64,000 bases of DNA. Origin: Lama glama. Lineage: Eukaryota. This document shows positions 1 through 13,399 of the stretch, piece by piece. The translations under genes were made by a program, and so were the position numbers. A model generated the notes under the pieces. That model was given only the letters and a program-made list of their open reading frames with translations. It did no database searches and had not been told where the DNA came from. The stretch covers positions 88,414,001-88,478,000 of the forward strand of contig CM052817.1 of NCBI GenBank assembly GCA_028534125.1, written 5' to 3'. Positions within the stretch are counted from its first letter, which is position 1. The number at the start of each line of letters is the position of its first letter.

Positions 1-544
1 AGACCATCACCATATTCCCTGGTGAAAGCGATTTTTCCTTAGATGATAGAACCTTGAAACCCATGGAGTCTGGTGGGTTATTTGATAGTGGTTAAAAAGG
101 GCCATTCCTACCCCACATCTCCTGGTTTGTGAATCTATGTTTCTGGCTATGGAAGAGGCAGCTACTTTCTGTTATAACCTGAATTATTTAGGAAAGCACT
201 CCGTTCCTGTAGGCAGTTGTCTGCCAGCTGGCATTAAAACTGAGCATTCTGTGGGTGAAAACGTAATTCTGTCAAACCAGCTGCTTCTGGATTACACAGC
301 ACACAGTAAAAATATTCTGTGGGTGTGACTCTTTGTCGGGGCTCTCTTTCTCAATCTATCCCTTCACCAGAGATGATGTTAAATGAGAAATTATGGCAAT
401 GGATAAGATCTTCCGCAAAAGCCCTGGGGCTTTCAGGGCTTGAAGTATTTTTGCATGAGATATCTTTCTCTCAAGGGGGGAAAAAAATCATTGCATTTTC
501 CATGACAGAATGTGCGCGGTGTAGTAATGACAACACCGTGAGGT

Positions 545-770
545 CAGGCCAATCAAGACGGCTGTTCCCTCGCTCTCTGTTCATTCCCTCCCCAACTAGG
601 CCCTGCTTCACTCACACGACTAGCCAATTCTCTTAATTATAGGGCTTAATCAGTAAGTGCCTACATGCTTGCCCCCTGCCCCAGCCGCTGGTTTCCCTGG
701 TAACTGATGGGACTTTCTGACGTCAGCTCCGCCTATAAATGCTAGCCGCACTCTTCCGCAGCAGGGAAGA
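545..770 (+). promoter_or_regulatory. TATA-containing Pol II promoter with CRE, X-box/MYB, kB-like and CCAAT motifs
   Basis: CCAAT at 549-553 and 624-628; GTTTCCCTGGTAAC (RFX X-box-like) at 691-704 overlapping TAACTG (MYB) at 701-706; GGGACTTTCT at 709-718; palindromic TGACGTCA at 718-725; CTCCGCC at 727-733; TATAAA at 734-739; local GC/CpG enrichment from about 680 to 880. Confidence 0.75.
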
Positions 771-833
771 CTGCTAAGGAGCCGCCGGGGATGCACAGTG
801 GGGAGTCGCTCCGAGTCCTTCTGTTCTGGACAT
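765..833 (+). other. Candidate first exon (TSS approximate) of a + strand transcript
   Basis: Begins about 25-30 nt downstream of the TATA box. ATG at 791-793 (G at -3) reads MHSGESLRVLLFWT. Donor CAT|GTAAGG at 833/834. Confidence 0.55.
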
Positions 834-1229
834 GTAAGGCCCCTTATCCAGTGAACCATTGATGTGTCTCGCTGTCTCCGGGCTCTTTCTTTGGTCTCCA
901 AGCTGGGCAATTATAAGTCTTGCAGGCCTGTGGGGTGTAACCCAATAGTTCCCCCCCACCCCACCCATTGAACAGACACCCAGGTAAATAGCCACAGTTG
1001 GTCTAGGAAACCGAAATATAAGCAGTTGTGATTCCATCTAGGCCTCTATTTCAGAGACCCAGCTCTATGTGGGTATATCCTTCTAGGTAAACTGGCTTAG
1101 GTCTGGGACGTGAGTATGAAGTGTTAGTTTTCTGCTGACCAGACTTGGATCTTTTTTCCTCATGTATGTGTAGCGCCACTTTACCAGGACATCCATCTGT
1201 TATATTCTCAGAGACCTCATCCTCAGTTA

Positions 1230-1640
1230 GTTACCGACACTGAAAAAGCCCAGGGCCGAAGATCAATAAGAACACAACTGTAGTCAATAACAGTTGTTTA
1301 TTATGTTGCTGTAGCAATGAAATACACATTGAAGGCATCATGAGATGTTTCTGTAAAGAGAGGGAGTTACAGGAGTGAGCTAATGGGGCTGTGGGGAGAC
1401 CACGTTTTATTTGGAGACACCTGTGGACCAGGGCCAGGCCTGGTCTGGGGTGGGCAGAGTGTGGTGTTTTCCAGGAAGGCAGACACCTTGGATCCCACAA
1501 GGTGCACTTTGTGGCTTCAGGGGTGTGAGGGTAGTAAGTGCGGGTCTTGAGGGAGGGACAGAGGAGGATGGACTGGAATGCCCCGAGTGTCCGGGGTAGC
1601 TCAAGAGGTTAGCAAATCCAATGAAGTTCTGCAGCTGCCG
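1230..1640 (-). mobile_element. Degenerate ancient ERV-type LTR remnant (LTR78/79-like)
   Basis: 'gaagatcaataagaacacaactgtagtcaataacagttgtttattatgttgctgtagcaatg' resembles the reversed U5/R end seen again at about 11580-11660; family assignment is from memory. Confidence 0.35.
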
Positions 1641-2140
1641 CCACTACTCTCCCAAGAGGAAGCCAGATCACTCATTTTCAAGAGCTCTGTAGGGACTGAC
1701 AGGGTAGTCCTGGGATGAGAACCACCTGGGTACCCAGGTGCTCGAGGCCCTTCATCTCAGATTCACCCTAAGGAATCCAGCCTGTTGCCTCATATCGAGC
1801 CAAACCCTCATTCTCCTCGACCCCTTCTCCCAGCTTGGAGTCACAGTGCTATGGCGCCTCTCTCCAGGGGCCTGGCTGGGTGTTGGGGGGCTGGGGGTGG
1901 GGAGGAGGGGATTTACCAAGGCCAGAATGTGACAATGAACTGCGCATGCCCAGGAGCAACTCTCTAGCCTTCTAGGAGACGCAGGCCCTGCCGTACTGGG
2001 TAGTGATGTTGGCTTCTGCCGTGAACCCTTGGGACTCAGTATGATGTCTTCCAAGGTCTGAGGCCGCCTCATTGTGGTATATACCATCTAGTTTATAAAG
2101 TGTGAGTAATGCTATGTATTTATTTTCCCAGGAGGGACAA

Positions 2141-2167
2141 GTGTGTGTGTGTGTGTGTGTGTGTGTG
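2141..2167. repeat. (GT)13 microsatellite
   Basis: Perfect GT run read directly. Confidence 0.98.
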
Positions 2168-3090
2168 AATTTATCTTCAGTGGAAGGAATGCAAGTAGAA
2201 GGAAATTACATGGTATTTTGTTTTTAGTGTTCTTGTACCCTTAAATCTGGCTATTTTCAGACATTTTTGCTGTGACTTTGGAATGGTCTCCTTTTGATCT
2301 TGTTCCATCACAGTAATGAAGATTCCTCATCTGACGTTGATATTCTATGAAATTTCTCATTTCCAGTATGAAATACTGCATACCAGCTGTTTTCTTCCTA
2401 CTGCCCGCTGGATCCTTGAAGGTGCTTTGTTCTTGCTTTCTCAGTCACTCCTTTGGCCAAGGGCAAATAAAGTCAGACTGAAAAATATTTATCTGTTTAG
2501 TCTAGATCCACACAGTTTTCAAGATTTTGTTGATCAGAAGGTTGTTGTCTTTAGTTGGACAAGAATTTGTCTTCTCTATTCCTTTTGTAGCGTGTTCAGT
2601 TGTGAAATTATCTGATACGACCACAGCCTCCCATTATTACTGCTACTTTGAACAGAATGCGTTGACCAGCCGCATTACATGCAATTAAAAAAAAGAAAGC
2701 TTATTTGTCCGTGTAACGGGCTATGAAGGCAGGACCTAGACTACAGATCCCAATCATGGAAACATCTCCACACTTCCATCTGAGTCTTTCATAGAGTCAA
2801 TTTGTCTTCTGTTTTTGAGAAATGACATATTTACATAAGTGCAGTAAAAATATTATATAGCACACACATTTCCTTGAAGAGGAATCAAAGGATATGTATG
2901 AGCTAGTTTATGACAACCCGTTAATCAGTGTAAACTAATTTTTTTTTTTGGATCACTAAAACAGAGGTACCATAATGATTTTTCCTAGGATCAGAGACAA
3001 AATTTGGACGGCCTTTTCCAGTTATATTACTATATCATTGAAAATGTAGCTTATGAAGAGTGAATTGTGAGCTCTCCTGAACAGGTGATA

Positions 3091-3279
3091 CAATTGTCCC
3101 TAGATATCCGTGGGAGACTGGTGCCAGGACCCCCTACCCCCACCAATGCTAAAATCCACGGATACTAATGTCCCTTATATAAAATGGTGTAGTACAGTCA
3201 GGCCTCCATATCAGAGTGTTCTGCATCTGTGGATTCCACCAACTGCAGGTGTGGAACCTGTGGATAGGAGGTCCGACTG
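3091..3279 (+). mobile_element. TcMar-Tigger MITE (MER2-like)
   Basis: Starts 'caattgtccctagatatccgtggg', contains 'aaaatccacggat...gtcccttatataaaatggtgtagta', ends 'ggataggaggtccgactg'; TA on both sides (3089-90, 3280-81). Confidence 0.8.
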
Positions 3280-4125
3280 TAGTCGTCTCACTTCGAGTAT
3301 TTTGGGAAAACATATTACATAGGTTTTATATGTATGAAAGACTCTCATAATTGCCCAAATATACAGTATGGCTATGTATTCAGTAGGCAAGGTACACCTG
3401 GTTTTCACATCAGATGTGGTATCCCAGTGGGCACAGAAAGAGTTAGGGGTACAAGTGTTGTTTATTACTAAGAGAGCAAGTCAATTACTGGTATCTGGAT
3501 GTAGGCTGACTTTCCGAGTGGATATAAATAGCATCTACAAATCAGGCTAGAAAGTCTCTGAAGAGAACAAACGATACAGCAGCAAGGGTAGCCCCAGTAT
3601 TTATTTCCTCTGGTGAGCTGTTTTCTGTTCACAATTCTAATATTATTTCAGGGGAAGTATTTTCTTGACTAGGAGTGGAGGTGAAAACCAATTTTTATAA
3701 GATTGAACGTTGGGGTGAATAATGATAGGACAATTTATATATATATCACAAGGAACCTGTTGAAGAAAATATACTTTCTGAGCAGTGAAAGGAACAGCTA
3801 TTAAGTTTGTGTCATCAGAATCCCATGGAAGGTGACAAATTTGGTCATCAATAAGATTTAGAGCTTAAATTATATTCTGAGAAAAACTGAAGAGAGTTTT
3901 GCTTTTCCTTAGGTGGTAGAAGAAAGCCAGATGAGAAGAAGAATAATATGGTGAAGATTTGTGAAAACAACTGTCATAGGCAAAGTCATCACAAAGAGGT
4001 ACCAAATAATAACTATAATAAGTAGTAAATCAAAAGGAAATAAGCAAGTCGACTTAGAAGATTGTTTTATCGTTTGTGTGGAAGCTGTCTGCTCTGTCCC
4101 ATTATCTGCTTGATCCAAGAATCTT

Positions 4126-7100
4126 TTCTTCCCCCTAGCTTTATTGATGTGTATAATAGACTTATAACATTGTGTAAGTGTAAGATGTAAAATGTGATGA
4201 TTTGATACACATATATATTGTGAAATATTTGCAATCGATGTTAGTTAAAACATCCTTCACCTCACATAATTACCATTTGTTGTTGTTACAGTGAGAACAT
4301 TTAAGATTTACTTTTTAAGCAACTTTCAAGCATGCAATACAGTATTGTTAACTATAGTCACCATGATATACATTAGATCTCTAGAAGTTATTGCTCTTAA
4401 ATGTTTGTACCCTTTGGCCAATATCTCCCCATTTCCCCTGCCACCCAGCCCCTGGCGATGACTAGTCTATTCTGTTTGATGGTTCAGCTCTTTGGATTCT
4501 ACATATGAATGAGATGACAACAGTATTTCTTTCTCACTCTGGCTTATTTTACTTGGCATAATGCCCTCAGGTTCATCTCTGCTGTGGCAAATGGCAGGAT
4601 TTCCTTCTTTTTTATGAATGATTAATATTCCATTGTGTGTGTGTGTGTGTTTGTATGCTGAATTTTCTTTATCCATCCATCCATCAGTATACATTTAGGT
4701 TGTTTCCATGTTTTTGTTATTGTGAATAATTTTGTGATGAATGTGGGGGTGCAGATTTTTCTACAAGATAGTAATTTGATTTCCATTGAATAAATGCCTG
4801 GAAGTGGGATTGCTGGATCATATGTAGTCTTACTTTTAACTTTTTTATGAAGCCTCCATAGTGTTTTCCATAGAGGATATGTGTACTAGGGTCCCCTTTT
4901 TGACACATTCTCACCAGCTTTTATCTCTTGTCTTTTTTCATAATAGCCATTTTAAAAAACATGAGATTATATCTCATATCTGATTTTGATTTGCATTTCA
5001 CTGATGATTAGTGAATACCTTTTTATATGATTGTTGTTTCTTTGGGAAAATGTCTATTCAGGTATTTTTCCCATTTTTTAAATTGGATTATATGGGGGGC
5101 AGGTTTGCTAACAAATTGTACGAGTTTCTTATATTTTGGATATTAACCCATTATCAGACAAATGATTTATAAATGTTTTCTCATATTCTGTAGATTGCCT
5201 TTTCATTTTGTTGAAGGTTTATTTTGCTGTGCAGAAGCTTTTTAGTTTGATGCAGTTCCACTTTTAATTTTCGCTTTTGTTGTTTTGTGCTTTTGGTGTC
5301 ATATCTAAAAAATCATTGCCAAGACCAATGTCAAGGAGCATTTTTGTTTTTCTTCCTTAGGAGCTATACTGTTTCAGGTCTTAGTATTAAGTCCCTAATC
5401 CATCTGAAATTAACTTCTGTAAGTGAGTGGTGTAATATCCAGTTTCCTGAACACCATTTATTGAATAGACTATTCTTACCCAATTGAGTATTCTTGGATC
5501 TTTTGTCAGATATTACTTGATCATATATGCATCAGCAGAGCTCTCAATTCTGTTCCATTGGTCTGTATGTCAGTTTTATGCCAGTATCATACCATCTTGA
5601 TTGCTATATCTTTGTAATATAGTTTGGAACCAGGAAGTGTGGTGCCTCCAGCTTTGTTATTCTTTCTCAGGATTGCCTTGGTTCTTCATGCTCTTCTGTG
5701 ATTCCATCCTAATTGTAGGGTTTTTAAAAATTTCTGTACAAAAATACTGTTAGAATTTTGATAGGAATTGTTCTGAAGCTACAGATGGTTTTGGGGAATC
5801 TGGACATTTTAACAACATTAACTATTCTGATCCATGAACATGAGTATCTTCCCATTTATTTGCATCTCTATTAATTTATTTTATCAATGTCTTATAGATT
5901 TCAGTATATAGATCGTTCACTTTCTTGGTTCAATTTTTTCCTAAGTATTGTTTTGATGCCCTTGTAAATAGTTGTTTATTTCTTTTTATATATATTTTTA
6001 CTGAAGTATAGTTAGATTACAATGTTGTGTCAATTTCTGGTGTACAGCGTAATGCTTCAGTCATATATGAACATACATATATTTGTTTTCATATTCTTTT
6101 TCACCATAAGTTACTAAGATAGAGAATGTAGTTCCTTGTGCTATACAGTATGAACTTGTCTATCTATTTTATATACATTAGTTAGTATGTGCAAATCTCA
6201 AACTTCCAATTTATCCCTTCCCATCCCTTTTCCCCCATAACTATGAGTTTGTTTTCTATGTCTGTGAGTCTGTTTCTGTTTTGTAAATAAGTTAATCTGC
6301 CTTTTTTTTTTCAGATTCCACATATAAGTGATATTATATGGTATATTTCTTTCTCTTTGTGGCTTACTTCTCTTAGTATTTCTTTTTCAGGTAGTTTGTT
6401 TTTAATGTAAAGAAACCCAACTGATTTTTGTACGTTGATTTTGTATCCTGAAACTTTACTGACATTGGTTAATTCTAACTGGGTTTATTTTGTTTTGTTT
6501 TTGATGGAGTACTTTCTATAAATATAGTAGTATTTTCTCTAAATAAGATGATGTAACCCATAAACAGAGACAGTTTTACTTCTTTCTTTCTGATTTGGAT
6601 GTCTTTTATTTCTTGTTCTTGCCTGGTTTCTCTGGTTAGGACATCCAGTACTGTGTTGGTGAAGAATGGTGACAGTGGGCATGTTGTTTGTCTTATTCGT
6701 AATCTTAGAGGGGAAGCTTTCAGTTTTCACAATTGAGTATTATGTTAGCTGCGGGCTAATCACATATGGCCTTTCTTATGTTGAGGTATGTTTCTTTGTT
6801 GAGAGTTCAATTTGATGCTGTTCAATTTGATGTATGATGCTGAATTTGGTTTGCTAGTACTTTCCTGAGAATTAACATCTATATTCATCGGTGATATTGG
6901 CCTGTAGTTTTCATTTCTTGTATCTTTGTATATCTTTGGTATCAAGGTAATGATGACATTGTAAAATGAGTGTGGAATTGTTCCATCCTCTTCTGTTTTT
7001 TAGAAGAATTTGAGAAGGATTGGCGTTAATTCTTTTTTAAATATCTGGTAGGATTCACTTGTGAAGCCATTTGTTCCTGGGCTTTTCTCTGTTGAGAGGT

Positions 7101-7651
7101 TTTTGATTACTGGTTCATTCTCCTTACTCGTTATTGGTCTGTTCAGATTTTCTGTTTCTTTATGTTTTGGTGTTCGTGGATTATATATTTCTAGGAATTT
7201 ATCCATCTCTAGTTGCCCAATTTGTTGGCATATAATTTTTCATAGTAGTCTCTTAGATCTTTTGTATTTCTTTGGTATCAGTTGTAATATCTCTTTCATT
7301 TATAATTTTATTTATTTGGGTCATCTCTGGGTTTTTTTTCTTGGTAAATCTAGGTAAAGATTTATCAATTTTATCTCTCCAGAAAAACAATTTTTAGTTT
7401 CATTCATCTTTTCTATTGTTTTTCTATTGTCTATTTCTGCTCTGATCTTTGTAATCTTTCTGTTAACTTTGCTCTTAGTTTGTTTTCCTTTTTCTAATTT
7501 TGAAAGGTATAAAGTTATATTTGAGATTTTTCTCTTTTCTTAACATAGGCATTTATCATTATTAAACATCCCTCTTAGAACATTTTTTGTTGCATTGCAA
7601 AGTTTTGGTATACTGTTTTATTTTTTGTTTGTCTTAAGATATTTTTGGATA
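4126..7651 (-). mobile_element. 5'-truncated older L1 (L1MA-like 3' UTR plus ORF2 remnant)
   Basis: ORF2-like fragments on - (MDKFLEIYN...ENLNRPIT...KSPGTNGFTSESYQIFKKELTPILLK; ENYRPISPMNID). 13-bp TSD atc(ca/tg)agaatctt at 4113-4125 and 7652-7664, followed by GA (TCTT/GA endonuclease-type site). Confidence 0.93.
5988..6376 (-). mobile_element. Younger L1 3'-end fragment nested in the older L1
   Basis: Same 3' UTR family as the copies at 17675 and 43621; 11-bp perfect TSD tatttcttttt at 5977-5987 and 6377-6387. Confidence 0.9.
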
Positions 7652-10600
7652 ATCTGAGAATCTTGAATCTTCTCTCTCTTCTGAATTTAATCTTCTTATA
7701 GAGGATTTCTAAGAATTCTCAACTTAAAGTGTCCCCAAAAAACAATTGCAATAGTCCAGACAAAGCAATGATTTTTAAAAATAAGAATACATAAATTTAA
7801 GAATCAGTATGTTGAACTTACACAGTTATACCTGTTATTAACAGTACACTTAAAAGTTCATGTCCACAAATATTTAAAAGAATTTTGTCTCTCTAAGAAA
7901 ACAAGCCTCCATGTTTCAGGACATGCAGAGACTTCTCAGCTGGAGAATTTGGAATACCTGTTGGTGATGGGACCAAGTGTCTTTTGCAGTTTTTAGTCAT
8001 ATTATCTTGCAAAGGGGAAAGAACAAGTATCAGAGTTGAACCTTTCAAATGCATAAGGTATCCTGTTAGTAACTAAAAAATGGATAGCCTTTGGGTTCCA
8101 GAGGGAAGAATCAGTCATTCTAAACAATGTCAGTGATAAAATATTCCTTCTGGGGAAAAAATTAATTCCTTTTTTTGCTCTAAATTCTAAATAATTGTTT
8201 TGGTTTTGATGGGCATAATATATATATTTATGAAATAATCTATAAATGTAAGTATGTATTTAATTATAAATTTGACTATACTAAATATATGTGTGTGTGT
8301 GTGTATATTTATGACAAGTTCAAATTAGTTCATCTTAGTACTTATCCATTAATCAGATTGAATTCTTCGTGGAAGTTAATGCAAATAGTTCCAACTATGG
8401 AGTACTACAGATTCCAGTTTTACATAGTAGATTCAAAATGAGCAGAGATAACACATTTATTCTTTTGTGCAGGTCACGCTTTTGGAGTATTTCTTTTGTG
8501 ATTTTTTTTACCTTTGTAAGGAAAAAAATCATTCTTTTCAGTTTTACCTCGTCAATGAAAAATGCTACAGCAAAATGTAGGGGTAGTGCTCAGTACAAAG
8601 CTATGTTTAAATAGGTTTTGAACATTTCAGTATTTGAAGTACCATCTTGATCCATTTTAAAATGTAGACACAAGAGGATCAGCTCCAATTTTAGTCTCTG
8701 CTATATGTAAATTTTTTTTCTGAGGTATCTTTTTTCTGATGTGAAATTTTAGATGAAGTCTAACAGAAGTAATATTTGTCAATAGCCAGACTTAATCTTG
8801 AATAATGCACAGTGAAACACAAGTTTTAAATGGTCTCTTGAGTGCAGAAATTATCCAGAGTACCATTAGATAAATGATGATATCATATAAGGAAAGAAAA
8901 ATTTACTTAGATAAAAAACAGACTCAAATGGACTTAATAGTTTCCAAAAAAATTCAAATTTTAGTATTTGAATGTTTCAATTATTTACATCAAGCACTGG
9001 ACACTTGTCCTAAAACAGCTAATCAAATGAATGTTCATTTTTAATCAAAGTTCATTCTTACTCAGCCATTTAATCTTATTTTTGCAGAATAAGAATCTTC
9101 AGAAGTTTTTAATCAAATGTAAATGTATGATATATTTTCTCATAAATCTATTTGAGTAGAAAATTTTGAGTAGAAGATATTTGAAAACTGCCAGAAGTAA
9201 CCCCAAAGAAGCACAAACATGGAGAATATTGCAGTTTCAGGAATTTATTATTAAATAGAATTTTTAGAAACACCAACAAATTTATTTCCATGTTTGAGAC
9301 TTTACCTATTTGTATATCTGTTGCTTTATATGGAAGAAATCTTTGTGAAACAAAATTTATAAAGCATATTTCAATTAATGAGAAAACATAGATTACTCTG
9401 GCTTGATTGTCTAATGCAAATAAAATTTTTAAAATGCTGTTTACAAGCTTGCAGAAGTTAGGTTGTAAAAAAAAAAATTTAATATTTCCATGCATTACTG
9501 CAACAGGCCAATATATAGATACATCTTCTACCCTTTGCAAAAAAGAATAATTACTTTTTCTTTCAATAATATTTTCATTATTTATATTTGTTTTCATAAT
9601 TTTACTGGCATTATTACGTGTATAAATTTATGCATAGGATTATCACTGTCTACATTACTTTTTTGTGCGTTATTATAATTATTACTCCATAGCTGTTAAA
9701 GATAATTTTGTTTTAGAGGTTAGTTTTTTGGTTTTTTTTTTTTTTTGGTTAGAGGTTTGGTTTTTTTGATCCTTTTAGGAGCCAAATATGCTGCCTATGC
9801 CACTGATTGTAGGACCTTCTTTACGAAATGAAAGTCTTTTTCTTATTTATTTTTGTAGAGTTGGGGTTCTTTAACAGAAAATATGATTAGCTTATATAAA
9901 GAGGATGTGACCTCAGAAAAACTTAACACTCAACATCTGCACTAATCAGCTAGTCTTAAGTATCTACAAAGTTAATTTTTGTCATTGACCTAGAAAAATT
10001 TTGAATAGCCTATAATCTTTTAGGATTATACATTGTATTTCTTCTTGGACTATACTATGTTTCAAACTGATTTTTTTCCTAGCAGAATTTCAATTTTTCT
10101 TTTGAGTTTTCCATCCTTTCTGAAATAAAGTATTTAACAAAAAGAGACCATAATAAAACTTGTTTTATGAAGTTAGCAATAGGTCATTCATGTATCATAT
10201 TAAAGAAGAGTCATAAGAGAATGTTAGATTCTTAGATCTTGATTAAGGAATTGATAGAATAAAGGGGAGGGTGCAGTAAACGCTAGAGGCATTTCAATCC
10301 AAGAATATTGTTGATTCTTCCATGAGGAGGCAAAAGAATACTGATTATATGCATCTAAATTAAAACTGAGGAATAACAAAAGTCTACCAGTCCACCAAAA
10401 GCAGGTGGCCATGGGAACTACTGAAGGCATAGTTATATTTGGGTTAGGATCTACCAAAACATGAAAGATTTCAAGCTTGTTTATATCTTAGAAATCCATG
10501 AAGCTTTTTGGCAGGCCACATAGAGTATTAAAATTCTAATGAAAAGCATTTTAAGTCCCGTTTGAATGAAATCTTCCTCCATGGACTCAGTCTTTTCTGT

Positions 10601-11529
10601 TTGGGTCCAGTTGATGTACTAATGATTCGTGTATGGAAGAGTCCTCATGTATTTCTAAAAAACCTCTGAAGAGCTTTGATTTCACTTTCACATTTCCAAA
10701 GAAGTTTCTTTCTTTCTATGAAATTTTCTGGAGTGGTATTACAGAGAAGGAACTTAATGTTGGCAAGTGAGAGGGCTAAGAGTTACAGTTACAGGTTTTG
10801 TGAGGGGAGTGTTTCAGGGGCATTTTTATCTCTACCACCTTAGGAGGTGGTGTAAAGAATAGGAGAAAAGTTATTCTTGCTGTAAGAGAATCAGTGGACC
10901 TTAACTACTGTAGTTCTGCTTGGAATTCATTCATATTCCCTCAGTTTTAGGAGCTTCTATTATTTTTCATCTAGCTATAATATCAATTTTCCTTTGGCCA
11001 TTTTATTAATAATGTCAGCAAGTTTTCCTATAAGAATTTTTTTTCTTTTTGTTGTTTGTTGCCCCTTAAGGGACGGGATCCAAAGCAGGTCCATTAAACT
11101 ATTTTATTTTTGTGGCCATTATTTTATCTTGAGCTGTATTTTAAAAATTAATATAAAATCTCTTACTGTTGTTCAGCCAAATGCTGAAATTCATGTAGTG
11201 AAGCAATCTGCCAGCCTATCATTTGTTTACATGCAAGAACCATTCTTTATTAAGCAATCACCCAAAGAGTGGAAAGGGCCGGGAAAAAATCCACATCACA
11301 GGCCATCCCTCAAGACTGTCTCAAGGTTATGATTAATTCTGTTGATTAGCCCTTTTGACATTTGCAGAACTGGATTAATGTCCAATCTATTTTTAACAAT
11401 TAATAATAGAGTTCCTTAAATTTGTTTTACTTAATATGCTCTGAGACATACTAATTCAAACTTCATTAATTACCTTCAAATGTTGTTAGTTGTTTACTGT
11501 TGGTAGGTTGAGGGGCCCTGTCAGCTGTG

Positions 11530-13360
11530 TTAAGTATCCCAACTGAATTTTTTTGGAAACTCTACCCAATAAAGCTTTGGACCAAAGACCACTAGGAGCA
11601 TGACTGTAATTAAACAAATTTGATTCATCACCTCACTGTGACAAAAGAGAACATACCAGAGGAAATATGGAGCATCTTAGTAAGAATGAGTTGGTGACAA
11701 GACAATTGATTGGTTATCTTAATAATTTTTGTCTAGTGAGTAGTTGGAACCAAAGCATAATAAGAGTTTTCACTGGAAGCAGTAGCCAATCATGTTGGAT
11801 GGAAGAAGGAGATGATTTCTTATTTTGTGGCTGTATAATGTAGTTGAAATTGCCCATGTTCAGATGTGATGCTGGTATGATCTTGTTTTTGTCTTACTTT
11901 ATCATGGTTGTGGAGTGATCCTGTCTGATATTGATATTCTTAATATTTTGTTCTGTTCCGTAGAGAATATAGCTGTTAGTGTAGCTGTCAGCTGAATGGA
12001 AATTATTTTTCAGTCTCACCATATCTTCCCTGCTGGTCAGACATTTTGCTTGTAATTCTGTCTTACTGACATTATTGTGCCCACTGTCTCTCTGATTATT
12101 AATGTTACCACCTGTCCTCTGCCAGTTTGGGCTTGCAGTATTCTCACTGATACGATGGAAATGAATCCCAATTTTTGTCTCCCTGACAGTAATCTTTTCT
12201 AAATTGTAAACTCCCTTCTTAGCTTTTCAAAATGCAGATGCTCATTCACTTACTTAACAATTAATATATATATAAATGACTTGGCAAAAGTGTGTTTTTC
12301 ATGTCCTCCCAGATAGTGTGGTTAGGAGTGGCTAATCCAACTGAACGTAATAGTCTTTGTCAAGACTTCTGCATTTTTGAGCCTTCAAATTCTTTCATAC
12401 AGCTTATGCCAAAATATGCCATTGATTCGAGGCCACTTTTAAGTCCAGGTTATAATTAGCCAACCTAGCGACTGTCTACCATTCTCTTGTGCGTGAGGTA
12501 ATATATTAAATCCTAAATCTCATGTCAATATATGTAGTCCAAATCAAGATTATATTTTCTCCTTTTTTGTCTAATACTCTTAGATATCATTCTAATAGAA
12601 GCTCCCCAGACTCCTGTTGATACATATTAATAAGTTCCGTATGTATTTCTTTGTTGTGGCTCACCACTTCCAGTGTGGACCTGGTACCTCTTGTTTTATG
12701 TTGGCATTTTCTGCTACATGTTGGGACTTCTATTATGAGGCTAGAAACAGTATCAATGATATATTTGGATCTTGATGAGTATCTGAATCCCCTTGAGAGG
12801 AAAATGTACTTGGTGAAGCAATAAAGCAATGAAACAAGTTTTGTATGGAAGAAAGCTAAACTGTTCAAAAGAGGTGATATGAACTGCCGCCACTGGCAAG
12901 GCAGGTTAAAAGGGGCTCTTAATATATGTAATTCCAACTATTCCCATACTAATTCTCCTTTATTACTAGGTCAGTCACCTTAGAGTGAAAGACCTGTAAA
13001 AGTTAACATTTTAACTTCACAGTAATTAAGCTAGGCCCTGGATTTGATCCTTTGACTGTAGGAAGCAAGGGACCCCTTGAAATCTACCACTGAAGGCTTC
13101 TAATTTTTCATGTGTGTTTTGAAGTCAGAAATCCATAGCCTGCAATTTATCTTTTATTCTTATATGTTCACGGTTATAGTCAAAAGAAGTCATCTGATGA
13201 TATAATCTGTATAATCTCTATTTTCCCCATAACAAGTGAGTGCCACAGGTCCTTGACCACCAAAGGCTTTTTTTCCTCTATCTGTGCTTTATACTATGCC
13301 ACTACTGTTGATAATTTGAGTAACTCTGATGCTACAATAGATTATTAGTTCCCATTTCCT
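11530..13360 (-). mobile_element. Ancient ERV LTR plus degenerate internal remnant
   Basis: 'ggaccaaagaccactaggagcatgactgtaattaaacaaatttgattcatcac...' resembles a reversed LTR78/79-type end; the following sequence is non-L1 and decayed; no intact ORF. Confidence 0.4.
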
Positions 13361-13399
13361 TCTTGAGAAGTAAAACATCCCAGTATTCTTCAAACATAT

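Noticed and set aside
2261..2315. Possible second exon extending exon 1 (YIFAVTLEWSPFDLVPSQ*)
   Set aside because: The acceptor is plausible, but the donor (ACA|GTAATG) is weak and several competing AGs lie nearby, so it cannot be supported.
137..2615. Cluster of overlapping 60-111 aa ORFs near the promoter
   Set aside because: Mostly non-ATG starts, overlapping on both strands in GC-richer or LTR-derived DNA, with no recognisable domains.
9148..9597. 149-aa - strand ORF
   Set aside because: AT-rich composition (I/F/N/K/L), no homology I recognise and no convincing splice context.
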